Under the pieces are notes generated by a model that saw only the letters and a program-made list of their open reading frames with translations, was not told where the DNA came from and ran no database searches. Below are positions 39,861-58,900 of a stretch of 64,000 bases of DNA, piece by piece. Within the stretch, counting starts at the first letter, position 1, and every line of letters starts with the position of its first letter. The translations under genes were made by a program, and so were the position numbers. Origin of the DNA: Zygnema circumcarinatum SAG 698-1b (lineage: Eukaryota; Plantae; Zygnematophyceae); contig CM074822.1 of the NCBI GenBank assembly GCA_037447605.1, positions 395,492 through 459,491 on the forward strand, read 5' to 3'.

Positions 39861-41538
39861 GGGAGTTGGAGACGGAAGGCTCTCAGGAGATTGAGAAAAG
39901 GGAGTCAGAGAGAGACACATCCGGGGAGAAACAGGAAGTGTTTGAGACAAGTTCAGATTGAACATGGGGTTTTTTATTCGTTGGAATAAGTTAGCTTTTG
40001 GCTTAGTAGTTTGTAGTCTTTTTGCGGATGAGGGGATTACATTTTTCAAGGGCGGAAAGTAGCGCTTAGATTTGGCAGTAGTGAGAGTTGGGATGCTGAG
40101 GATGGGATGTGCTTTTTTAAGAGCTGTACAATAGAATTGTTGCAGGCTGTGAGTAGAAGACAGAGTGTGTCTTTTGGAACCCAGCTTATGAGTTGAAATT
40201 GAGGTCGTTAGTTGAAAACCAGGTCGGTTACAGCGGGTAAAAACTTCCTTGAGAGAGAGAGATTGAGAGAGAGGGAGAGGGGGTAGAGGGAGAGAGAAAG
40301 AGAGGGAGAGGTATTGAGGGAGAAGGAGAGAGGGAGAGGGGGAGAGAGCGAGAGGGAGCAATAGAGAGGGATTGGTAGAGAGGGAGACGGGGACGCAGAG
40401 GGATTGAGGGAGAGGTAGAGAGGGAGAGGGAGAGAGAGAGGGGGCGGTAGAGAGGAAGTGGTAGAGAGGGAGAGGGAGAGGGAGAGGAAGAGAGAGGGAA
40501 ATGAGTGCGGAGTTCTTTTTATGTTGATCTGTACACGTGCCACGTCGCCATAGGCCAAGCGCTCGAACGCCTTCACAGTTTTGCAGGTCTGTTGCTTGGC
40601 AGATGCAGGGGCTCGTTGAGAGCGCAGGCACATTGTGATATATAGATTTACTTTTATTTTGTAGATTAATGAGGGCGAGGTTTTTCAGATTACATGTATT
40701 ATCAAAGACAAAAAAAAAAAAACCTCAATGAAAAAAATATACAAAATTTTCTGTACATATTGTACAGTATAAACTTTTCGTCTGCTTGCTCTCCGGTTTC
40801 CAACCTCTGTGACTGGCCAGCTTTGCAATATTGGACCGAATGAAATTGATAAAATGTATCATGTTCTACAAATAAATTTCTTCCGAGAAAAAAAGGAGAG
40901 AAATGAAAAGAAGGTCCCAAGCATCAGATCGCATCGAACGTCTCCCGGAAGCAGGTGGGAGGGCATAGAGAGGGAGGAGGCAGAGAAGAGGGAGAGAGGG
41001 GAAGGGGGCGAGAGAGAGAGAGGGGTGGGGAAAAAAGAAAGAGGGAGGAGAGTGGAGGAGGGAGAGAAGGGAGAGAGAGGGACAGGGAGTGGGAGAGGGA
41101 GAGTGAACGATGGGACCATAGAGGAGGAGAGAATTGGGACGAAAACAGGCTTCGGAGCAGAGAGACGGAGATAAGGCAGGGACAGGAGAGAAAGAGGGAG
41201 GGAAAGGCAGAAAGAGGGAGAGGGAGAGGCAGAGGGAGAGGCTAACAAAGAGATGAAAACAGCACATTCCATTTACAATGTTCAAACATGTATGAGCCAC
41301 AGCCTTTAAGCCGTAGAAGTCGAAGGTCTGCTACTGCCCCCTCTCCCTCCCTCTACATCGCTCCCCTCCCCCTCGCCCTACCCTTTCCATTCACACCCCC
41401 TCACCCCCTTTCCCTCTCCCTCTCCCTCGCTCTTTATCTTTCTCTGAAGGGTCCATAGAGTTGCCAGAGACACCCTTTTCACCTTCTGTTCTGTAAATTC
41501 ACTTTATTCTTTTTTTTTTTTGTTCTTCAAATTTGCTT

Positions 41539-43122
41539 TCAGATGTTATTCTCTTCAAAAACTGCGCGCTCCAAATCCTGCCTCTCTTCGAGCTTGCCTG
41601 CCTCCTCCTCTAAAGCCCCTGCCAGCTGTTCCATGTGCTCTGCGACACTCTGAATTTCTACTTCAGTTGCGTTCAGCCCTTTTCCACCCTCACGCTCTTC
41701 TGCCCCTTGATTTTTCTGGCTATTGTTCTCGTCCGTACGATCGAGCCCTGCCTTTTCCTTTATCTCTTTTTTCACTTTATCTACTGATTCACCCCCAAAT
41801 CTACTCACGATGTCTGCATCTTCATTGAGCAGAGATTGAACATTATCCGGCTCCTCGACAGCACTTTCTGAAGCAACCTTTACTGCCATAGCCTCTTCCA
41901 ACTCCTCTACTCCATTCCGTATCTCTGGATACTGAGTTTCTCCTACGGTTTTTTCAGACTCCTCCTCAATAGCAGATGCTGCTTTCTCTTGGGATGAATC
42001 CTGAGTTCCCTTCTTTGTGGCCACTTCTCTTGCAATGTCATCTACCTCTGCAGGTTCATCCACTGAAGGTGCAGCTGCTAAAGTCTTAATCACACTTTCA
42101 TCCGTACTATTGTCTTCGCCATCCTCTCCTGCAGTCTCCTCTTCCAATCTCGCTGCCTCTGCTTCTATTTCTTTCATTATGTCTTCTTTTTGCCCTCCAA
42201 ATTCACTGACAACTTTTCCCGCCGCGTGTTCCTCCCATGCCTTTACCTCGCCCGGACTCTCCACTGCCTCCTCCGAGTCAAGCTCCACTGCCAAATCGTG
42301 CTCTACATTCTTCTTGCCATTCATTTCAACACCATTCTGTGACTTGGCTCCTCTTCCTACAAAATCCAACGCATCCCTGCCTGAAGAGAAGTTCTCACTC
42401 GGCTTCGCTGCATTACCACTCTCCACATTCTCTGTTTGCGCGCTTTCCTCATCGGCCACAGCCTTTGATCCCTCCTCCCACATCTGCTGTGCTCTTACCA
42501 TATAATCTTCCTTTCTATTGCCTTCATGTGACGACCGATCGCTGGGCGCACTAACCATGTTCCAATTTTGGTCGTTCCTCGCATGAACGGCGGTTTTTAG
42601 CACATGCTTTTCTGCCATGAGGTTGGGAAGGCGATCGTCAAGAATTGGTTTCATCTCTCGCCGCGCTTCAACCTCTTTTGCTCCGATGTTTTGAAGGAAC
42701 CTTGCTGCATCAATTCCCGTGATTCGGACGTAATTCCTCCGCACTTGCAAGCCTGCATACTGCCGAATGAAAAGCGCTATTGATCAGAATGTAGAATGCG
42801 GAGCGGCACAGCCATTGGAACGTCACTGACTGACTGACTGACATATTTCTTTCTCTCTCATGTATCCTCTCTCCTTAATCCCCTCCCATCCCTACTGGAC
42901 CCTTGCAAGGCCAAGAACCTTACAAGGCTCCTTCCCTCCCTCCCTCTCCAAATTTGAACACTAGCACATATCCCATTCCAAGAAAGTCACAATCTTACGC
43001 GTCTCCCAGATGCTTGCATCCATTTCTTTCCAACTCCTCCAGTTCCAAAACCAATTCCGGGCGATGCTGTGCATTCCACATTGCTGCCTCCACCACCAAT
43101 TCTTGATAATGCGCCGCTGCAT
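41539..43122 (-). CDS. Unknown protein: Trp-rich N-terminal module followed by a long acidic disordered tail; two coding exons
   Basis: Exon 43122-42999 (MQRRIIKNWWWRQQCGMHSIARNWFWNWRSWKEMDASIWETR) ends at a GTAAGA donor and joins in phase 1 to the gtatgcag acceptor of exon 42752-41539 (LQVRRNYVRITGIDAARFLQNIGAKEVEARREMKPILDDRLP...). Confidence 0.6.
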
Positions 43123-43695
43123 GTCGACGCCTGCACTGCTCCCATACTCATTTTTCCAGCGCCAAACATCGTAAAAAACTCTTAAAAAATGTCAGGCAAA
43201 CCTCTGCCTGCAACACTTAATCACAGAACTCAAAGTTTTTGCTAAAAAATCTGCCTCCGAATTTCCGATTTTTCCGAAAAAACCTGGTTTCAAAACTGAG
43301 CTTTCCTCTCTCCAAAACTCTTTCAGAGCCTTCTGGAAGGGACACTTCTTCAAGAGCCACGTGGCGATTTTTAACTACGCCACGTCAGGTTTCTTCAGAC
43401 CTCCACGTGGCAAATTCTGTCACGTGGCAGCAACCGAGCGCTAAGCGCCGTCATGGTCAAGATCCACGATTGTGACACGTGGAGCCCATGCATGCAGACA
43501 CGTGAGACGTTCCATGCTGTCTGACATTGTTCTGATTTCACGAGTCCACGAACATGTAAACATGCAGCAGTTGCAGTTTCAATAGTTTTTTACGGTGACG
43601 GCACTGGTTTGCATGGAAACAGTTGGACCTTTCCGCTGTTCCTGCCTGTTTCACTGGACAGCGTTCACGGATGTCGAAATTCGGTCTGAAACTCC

Positions 43696-44263
43696 GAAGA
43701 ATGCTACTGCACCCCCCTATTCTGGTTATTACACCCCCCTTTTTGAAAAAAATGCCTGCCCATTTTGGTTATTCCACCCCCTGTTTTGGATATTTCACCC
43801 CCTATTTTGGATATCCCACCGCCCTGTTTTTTCCTTTTCACTACCGACTTCCAACATTGTGCAACAAAAGAAAAGGAGATTTGCATTGATCACAAGATGT
43901 TGTTGTTTTTTGTCGCTATGCCTGCCGATCTTGATGTGAAATCCTTCGTGCTTGTAGTGCTCGGTGATCACTTGTACGAGCTCATCGCGGGTCTCATACT
44001 CAGTTGGTAGCATTTCTATGGACATTGCAAACCCAGAAGAGGAGGGGAGAGCAAGGAAGGGCTGGGCAGGGGAGGGGGAGGGGAGGGGATGGGAGGGGAG
44101 GGCAAGAGATACCCTCCCGAAATATCCAAAACAGGGGGGGGGGATATCCACAATAAGGGGGTGAAATATCTAAAACAGGGGGGTGGGATAACCAAAATGG
44201 GCGGGCAAATCTTTCAAATAGGGGGTGGGATAAACAAAATAGGGAGATGCAGTAGCATTTTCC
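43696..44263. mobile_element. Non-autonomous Mutator-like/foldback element (568 bp) with ~130-bp TIRs and an 8-bp TSD
   Basis: GAAACTCC directly flanks both ends (43688-43695, 44264-44271). AATGCTACTGCA (43700) is inverted at 44248, and the imperfect inverted match continues for about 130 bp, built of ~20-bp CCCCCTRTTTTGGATA subrepeats. Confidence 0.8.
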
Positions 44264-45720
44264 GAAACTCCCGTCGAGTTTGAAACTGCTGCTGCCCTCT
44301 CCCTCTCCCTCTCCCTACAGTCAGGGGTCCTCGTATTTACCGCCCTGAGGAGTGCGTCCCCAAGAATTTCGCCCCGATTTTGCCGAAACCACCTTTTTGT
44401 ACGGTAACTGTGTGTTAGCCGTACTGTCCGTACTATCCGTACTAGCTGTACTAGCCGTTACTGTACGGGCTTACGCAAAACTCACCTAATCTCCCCGCAC
44501 GTGCCGCCGTAAGGGTTTTTAGGGTTTTTCTTCCCCTTCTCCCTTCGCCCTCTCCCTCTCTTTTCCTTCTACCTTCGCCCTCTCCCTCTCCCCCTCTCTC
44601 TCCCTCTCCCACTCCCTCTCCACAACCTTCCCTCCCTGGAGACCTGCTCACCTCTCCTCCTCCCAATCTACCCTCCCCTCATCTCCTCCGCAGCGTTGGG
44701 ACGAATGCAGACCCGCCTCAGCAGATACATCCCTTATCCTCCTTCCTTAAAAGTAACTACTCCCCAACTTACCCCCAACTTACAGAATAGGGTTTCCTTT
44801 AGATGCCTAGTTGGGTCGTTCATTTGTCTCTATAGGGGGCTTATTGCTTCGTCCAGGCTATAGTTCCCACCATAATTTCAGCACTTCCTCAATTCACACC
44901 TCGTAGGTGGCTTCTCCATAACAAGTTCAGAATCATTCAAGCAATAGATTCAACACATGCAAGAGTGGAAGTTGGCGCATGTATGCGGTACATTATGAAT
45001 CATTTATGCATTTATGTCATCATTCATAGAAAATTCTTAAGCCGATGCGGCTTGAACCAAGGGCACCTCTACACAGTGACAAACGNNNNNNNNNNGCATT
45101 CCACATTGCTGCCTCCACCACCAATTCTTGATAATGCGCCGCTGCATGTCGACGCCTGCACTGCTCCCATACTCATTTTTCCAGCGCCAAACATCGTAAA
45201 AAACTCTTAAAAAATGTCAGGCAAACCTCTGCCTGCAACACTTAATCACAGAACTCAAAGTTTTTGCTAAAAAATCTGCCTCCGAATTTCCGATTTTTCC
45301 GAAAAAACCTGGTTTCAAAACTGAGCTTTCCTCTCTCCAAAACTCTTTCAGAGCCTTCTGGAAGGGACACTTCTTCAAGAGCCACGTGGCGATTTTTAAC
45401 TACGCCACGTCAGGTTTCTTCAGACCTCCACGTGGCAAATTCTGTCACGTGGCAGCAACCGAGCGCTAAGCGCCGTCATGGTCAAGATCCACGATTGTGA
45501 CACGTGGAGCCCATGCATGCAGACACGTGAGACGTTCCATGCTGTCTGACATTGTTCTGATTTCACGAGTCCACGAACATGTAAACATGCAGCAGTTGCA
45601 GTTTCAATAGTTTTTTACGGTGACGGCACTGGTTTGCATGGAAACAGTTGGACCTTTCCGCTGTTCCTGCCTGTTTCACTGGACAGCGTTCACGGATGTC
45701 GAAATTCGGTCTGAAACTCC

Positions 45721-46287
45721 GAAGAATGCTACTGCACCCCCCTATTCTGGTTATTACACCCCCCTTTTTGAAAAAAATGCCTGCCCATTTTGGTTATTCC
45801 ACCCCCTGTTTTGGATATTTCACCCCCTATTTTGGATATCCCACCGCCCTGTTTTTCCTTTTCACTACCGACTTCCAACATTGTGCAACAAAAGAAAAGG
45901 AGATTTGCATTGATCACAAGATGTTGTTGTTTTTTGTCGCTATGCCTGCCGATCTTGATGTGAAATCCTTCGTGCTTGTAGTGCTCGGTGATCACTTGTA
46001 CGAGCTCATCGCGGGTCTCATACTCAGTTGGTAGCATTTCTATGGACATTGCAAACCCAGAAGAGGAGGGGAGAGCAAGGAAGGGCTGGGCAGGGGAGGG
46101 GGAGGGGAGGGGATGGGAGGGGAGGGCAAGAGATACCCTCCCGAAATATCCAAAACAGGGGGGGGGGATATCCACAATAAGGGGGTGAAATATCTAAAAC
46201 AGGGGGGTGGGATAACCAAAATGGGCGGGCAAATCTTTCAAATAGGGGGTGGGATAAACAAAATAGGGAGATGCAGTAGCATTTTCC
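45721..46287. mobile_element. Second assembled copy of the same Mutator-like element, inside the duplicated block
   Basis: Same TIRs and TSD, offset 2024-2025 bp. Confidence 0.6.
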
Positions 46288-47347
46288 GAAACTCCCGTCG
46301 AGTTTGAAACTGCTGCTGCCCTCTCCCTCTCCCTCTCCCTACAGTCAGGGGTCCTCGTATTTACCGCCCTGAGGAGTGCGTCCCCAAGAATTTCGCCCCG
46401 ATTTTGCCGAAACCACCTTTTTGTACGGTAACTGTGTGTTAGCCGTACTGTCCGTACTATCCGTACTAGCTGTACTAGCCGTTACTGTACGGGCTTACGC
46501 AAAACTCACCTAATCTCCCCGCACGTGCCGCCGTAAGGGTTTTTAGGGTTTTTCTTCCCCTTCTCCCTTCGCCCTCTCCCTCTCTTTTCCTTCTACCTTC
46601 GCCCTCTCCCTCTCCCCCTCTCTCTCCCTCTCCCACTCCCTCTCCACAACCTTCCCTCCCTGGAGACCTGCTCACCTCTCCTCCTCCCAATCTACCCTCC
46701 CCTCATCTCCTCCGCAGCGTTGGGACGAATGCAGACCCGCCTCAGCAGATACATCCCTTATCCTCCTTCCTTAAAAGTAACTACTCCCCAACTTACCCCC
46801 AACTTACAGAATAGGGTTTCCTTTAGATGCCTAGTTGGGTCGTTCATTTGTCTCTATAGGGGGCTTATTGCTTCGTCCAGGCTATAGTTCCCACCATAAT
46901 TTCAGCACTTCCTCAATTCACACCTCGTAGGTGGCTTCTCCATAACAAGTTCAGAATCATTCAAGCAATAGATTCAACACATGCAAGAGTGGAAGTTGGC
47001 GCATGTATGCGGTACATTATGAATCATTTATGCATTTATGTCATCATTCATAGAAAATTCTTAAGCCGATGCGGCTTGAACCAAGGGCACCTCTACACAG
47101 TGACAAACGACGCAGCGATGGGGTACTGTACAAACCCTTAAATAAAGCTGCTTTAATATCATCTCTGCCCCAATTGTAAATACCAACAAAGGCGAATACC
47201 TCGCCATGGGGCACTATCCAACTACTGTTGAAACCCTCATTATGTAAAGATAGAGACCAGGAAGATAACTTAGCTTCCCCTCAACTAAGCTACACCCAAT
47301 CGTTTTCGTTAAACTGTTAAATGAATTCCCATCTGAAAAACTCAGAC

Positions 47348-53797
<6,450 letters not shown>

Positions 53798-54735
53798 GAC
53801 CCTCCCTCTCTCTCTCCTCTCTTTTCTTGCTCTCTCTCTCCCTCTCTCTCTCTATCTCCCTCCTTCCACTCTCCCCCTCTCTCGTCTCCCTCGATTCCTC
53901 TCTCTACCACGCTCCCTCGCTCTCTCTCTCACCCTTCTCTCCCTGCTTCTCTCCTTTCTCTCCTCTCCCTCGATCCCTCTCTCTACCACGCTCCCTCTCT
54001 CTCTCTCTCTCCTCTCTCACCCTTCTATCCTTGCTTCTCTCCTCTCTCTCCTCTCCCTCGATCCCTCTCTATACCACGCTCCCTCTCCCTCGCTCTCTCT
54101 CTCTCTCTCCTCTCTCACCCTTCTCTCCCTGCTCGCCTCTCCCTTGTTTCTCTCCCTACCTTCCCCGCCGTCGCGTCCTCCCCCACTCTTTAAGGTAAGC
54201 GCGAGGCCAGAAGCTGGGCTGCACCTTCTTCGTGCCTTCGCCGCCCCCGAGTCACGTCATGCGTTCGCACGGTTCCGCAAACCGCGGTTTGTCGGCGAAA
54301 ACTGACAGTTTTGCGCTTCGGGACCCTTGCGATGTTTTTTTAAGCAGAAAAGTTTTACGCGAATTTTGAATGGAAAATGAAAAACGTTTAGGCTGACCGG
54401 GTTGATATGGGCCGGAATTCAGTATGAGAAGAACGCTTTGGAAATTAGAAAATTCTCAAATCGCAAAAAAATTGGGACTCCATTTGTAGGATTCGAATCA
54501 AAACGATTTCTGTCAGTTTGTCGTCATTATGAAGGGACAAAAAATGCCGCTGACAGCCGATCGTTTGTCATTTTCTGCAGGTGTACGGATTGACACCTTC
54601 CTCGAACGTTCATTGACGTCATGTGACGCAACCCGAGTCTCACTTGTACAGAAATGCAGCTTTCCTTGTCATTTCGTCCGTACATTAAATTTGTCGTTTC
54701 TGTTAACCTTACAATGCACATGCGACGAACTCCTT

Positions 54736-55625
54736 CACAGTTCGGACCAGTGGATCGGCAACCATTGGACAACCATTGGATGGCAATGGTTGGACGTCTA
54801 CTGGTTGGCAACCAGTCGACTGGTTGCCAACCAGTGGCATCCACTGGTTCCAAACCAGTCGAATGGTTGTTTCGATCTGGCGGCACTGGTTGCCAACCAG
54901 TCGAATGGTTGTTTCGATCTGGCGGCACTGGTTGGCAACCAGTCGAATGGTTATATCCATTAAATCAAATGGTTGGCAACCATTAAATCACTTGTTGTAG
55001 CGAACTGAACGCTACAGTTACCAAAATGCCGTCGGCGTTTCGGAGAAAACTATTACGGTTCGGCCGTACAGTATTCCCGTACAACCGTACGACTCGTCTG
55101 TACGGATCCGTACACATCTGTACGCATCAGGCTTGTTACACTAGTTGTCAACGGTTGGCAACCCACCAAAAAACACATACGACCCATTTTTGCAAAAAGG
55201 CATAATTTCAGAAATTCAATGGTTGCCAACCATTGATCACTGGTTCCGAACCAGTCGAATGGTTGTTTCGGTCCGCAACCACTGGTTGCCAACCAGTCGA
55301 CTGGTTGCCAACCAGTGGCATCCACTGGTTCCAAACCAGTCGAATGGTTGTTTCGATCTGGCGGCACTGGTTGGCAACCAGTCGAATGGTTGCCAACCAG
55401 TGGCATCCACTGGTTCCAAACCAGTCGAATGGTTGTTTCTGGTCCTGAGCCACCGGCTGGCAACCAGTCGAATGGTTGTTTCTGGTCCGCAACCACTGGC
55501 TGCCAACCAGTCGAATGGTTGTTTCGGTCCGCAACCACTGGTTGCCAACCAGTCGAATGGTTGTTTCGGTCCGCAACCACTGGTTGCCAACCAGTCGACT
55601 GGTTTGTCTAATGGTCCGATCTGTG
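54736..55625. mobile_element. 890-bp non-autonomous DNA transposon with 14-bp TIRs and an exact 8-bp TSD
   Basis: AACTCCTT flanks both ends (54728-54735, 55626-55633). TIRs are CACAGTTCGGACCA / TGGTCCGATCTGTG (1 mismatch). The interior is made of 42-bp palindrome-rich repeats with no coding capacity. Confidence 0.9.
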
Positions 55626-55956
55626 AACTCCTTGACGTTTAGGGTTCGGCGGTACGGTACAATAAGAAACTGAAACCTCTAAACCCTAAACCCGAAACCC
55701 TAAACCCTACAACCCTACAACCCTAAACCCCTAACCCCTAAACCTGAAACCCTGAAACCCTCGACCTAACCTAAACCGCTTTACCCGAAACCCTGAAAAC
55801 CCATCTACGAATATCGAAAAGATACGATACGATACGAAACCGACTCCCCTTTCGGGATATCGATACGATTTGAAGCAGTGCTTGCTCCTTCCTCTGCTAG
55901 CCATGGCGATGGCGGAGGGGAGGGAGGCATGAGGCCGCCACCCCTGCTCGGCAGCC

Positions 55957-58900
55957 ATGGCGCGGAGGAAGCCGCAGGTTGCCCGTTCCTCCGGCTCCCG
56001 TTTTATGCTATGCGAGAGGTGCGGGATACATGTGGCTCTGCCGCTTCTGGATTGGCATGCTCGGGACTGCCGCAGGCAGGGAGGAGGGAGAGGGACGAGA
56101 GGAGAGGGAGAGAGAGAGGGAGAGAGGGAGGTGAGGGAGAGAGATGAGATGGTGGAGACGGCTGGGAAATCGGAGGGAGATGGAGGGAGAGGGAAGAGAG
56201 GAGAGAGAGAGGGTGAGGGAGTGAGGGAGGTGGGGGGGAGCGGTGAGATGGTGGAGGGAGGTGGAGCAGACGACAGCTGTCTCTTTGTTCAGGCTGAGCC
56301 GGAGGCGGAGATGAAAGGCACGATAGGGGAGAATGGGTGTTTTGCATCTACTGTTTGCATGTGTGAATCCTTGAAAGAGCAGGTGAAGTCTCTGCAGGAA
56401 TCTGTGGAAAAAGCCTGTCTTAGGGAAGCAGCTTCTAGGGCGGAGGCTTCCGAGCTACTGGAGAAGTATTGCTCTGCAGTGAAGGAGAACGAATCGCTGC
56501 TGGAAGCTGCACGTGCTAGAGAGGAGGAACTTCTGGAGAAGTTGAGTTCTATTGAAATGGAATGCGCAGAGCTGAAGCAGTTGTATGAGAAGCGTAAGCT
56601 TGTTCAGGGTGAGAAACAACCCTTCACGCATCCGGCTGAGCAGCAAATAGACGATAGTGTGTACATTTCAGGCAAGAGAGGACTTGATAGTGGCAGGAAT
56701 GGGGTAGGAGAAGCTGGTATTGATGATGAGGCAGTATGTAAGGCCGTCAAGGCTCCAAGAACAGGGTCTGAGTGCTTAGGGGATGCTGTTGAAAAGGAGC
56801 AGGAGGGAGATGTTCTGATTCCGAGGGCTAACGTGGCTACACCTGAAGAGCAAGGAGCGAATCTTGATGTCATGGAGAAGTCGACTGAAGTCCCTGATAT
56901 GGCTGTATGGAGTCCAAATGAAACGCCGGAGAATATTTCTGCCAGATTTGAGGAGAGAATAGCGCCCGAAAATAAAATTGGATGCAGTCGATCGGTGCAG
57001 TATGCTGTGTGGGGCGGGTTGCAAGGTCGAGAAAAACTACATAGTTCGAATGGTGTAGTGAAAAGACTGTTCAGCGAAGAGGAAGGCAGCAAAGAGCAGT
57101 TTAAGGGAAGCAATTGTGGGAATAATGTCTCATGTGTTGGGAAAGGAGAAAGAGAAGCACATGTACTTGAATTGGGGAGGAGGAAACCCATGGAAGAACT
57201 GACAACAGAAAAGAGCAAGGAGACTGACTTGAGCTTCGTTGCTGCTACTCCCGAAACTCAGGAAGACCTTCCGGAAGTGTGTAGCTGGCCAATGAATGGA
57301 CTTTTAGCGAAAGGGTTGTTGGAGAAGCCATTTGGTAAAGTTAAAGATATTACTTTATCACAAGAAGGGACGCCTGATGACATCGCTGGTCTGCTGAAGC
57401 GCCACTTTGGAGATGTAAAGAGTGCAGATTTTGTGAAGGAGGAGCAGGTGCATTGTGCAGCAACTCCTGAGAAGCTGAGTGATAGATTCTGTCCGGAAGT
57501 GAGCTTGAAAAACTTGGCTGATGTTGTAATCAGCGAGGAAAACCGCAATGTCAGAAGAAAGATTTTTGCGGATCATGATGACTTGAACTCCTGGCCACAG
57601 TTTGCGGGTTTGAATGGAGAAAGGAAGTTACAGGACGTGGAAGAGGAGGAGGAAGAGGAGGAGGAGGATAGAATTCTGACTCGTGGTTTGGGAAGAAAAA
57701 CTTCAGCAATGAAGTCGAAGAGGAAGCGTAGCACAAGGGAGGTCCTTAGCGACGAAGAAGATTGCGAAGCAGAACGAAAGAATTCACAAAACTTTGAAGT
57801 GATTGATACATCGGACGGAAAAGTAGAGGAGCAAAGGGGGAAAGTTGAGGGTTTGGAAGAGAACAGACATGGGGGTTTGCATGCTATAGGAGGCAAGAGA
57901 AGATTGTGGCGTAGATGCAGTAAGGGAGAGCATGATAATGAGAGTGAGAATGGGACATGTGATAGAATTGTCGGTGAGAGAGGAGTACTGAAAGCAGAAG
58001 GCAGAAGGCTGCAAAGGAAGAAGGGCTTCAAAGTCAAAGAAGGAGAGGGTATGAAAGGTTCACACGGAGAGGATCATTCTTCAAGGGGAATGGTAAGGCG
58101 AAGCACTCGTTTGAAGGATCGGAAACTGAAGAATGACTATGAGTTGAAGCAGTGCAGAGAGATGGGTAGAAGTGAATTGAAGGAGGGTTTAGGGGATACG
58201 AGTGAGAACAGTTCGGAAACGGGAGGTGATAGCTCTGAAACTGAACAGGCAGACGGGCAGAGTGAGGAGGCAAAAAAGTCTATCCCCATATTTCGAGAGT
58301 GTTCGGAGGAGGAAGTGGAAGAAGGTAGTCTAGGTAGTCTGGAAAATTTCATTGTACAAAGTGGTGATGAGATTGAAGAAGGGAATGATGCTGAAAGCTC
58401 TGGAGAAGATTGGCCTGGCGAGGAGAGCATGCAGCATAAGTCGGAAGTTTCGGCAGACAAGGCGAATTTTTGTTGGAATTTTCAAGCTGATCTTCAAACA
58501 GCCTTAGCAAATAGTGATGTTTTGTGTATGAGAGCTTTGGCAGCTCTCTATCGTAAGCAAGAAGATGATGAGAGGGCGGAGCGAACGACCAAATTTTTGA
58601 ATGGGCGAGGGTTCACCGCTGCGGAAGCATATAGGTGAGTGGGGAAAAGGACACTTCTGGCTGCTTATAGAACAAAAATAATAATATTATGTTCGAGGAT
58701 AGCTGATCTAATTACAAACAGAGGAATTTTTTCTGCTTTGTGTTATATTGACTTTGCAAGACTCAAGAGGAGCCTCATTTTTCAGGCGTTTAGGCTTACC
58801 TTCTGAATCTGACTTCAACAGAAAGATGCTCCATGCTTCATGCACCTTCCTCCCCCACCCCTGCCCCCTCCGCCCTCCCCCTCCCCACTCCCCCTGCCCC

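Larger units (their letters stand above)
43071..47109 (+). other. Near-identical ~2015-bp tandem duplication (43071-45085 / 45096-47109) separated by a 10-N gap; probable scaffolding artefact
   Basis: The copies abut the gap exactly; the only difference I noticed is one T in a homopolymer (offset 2025, then 2024). Confidence 0.85.

Noticed and set aside
45030-45085. GGTTCAAGCC B-box-like motif (minus strand) suggesting a tRNA or SINE
   Set aside because: No T-stem pairing, acceptor stem or A-box; only a 6-bp local hairpin.
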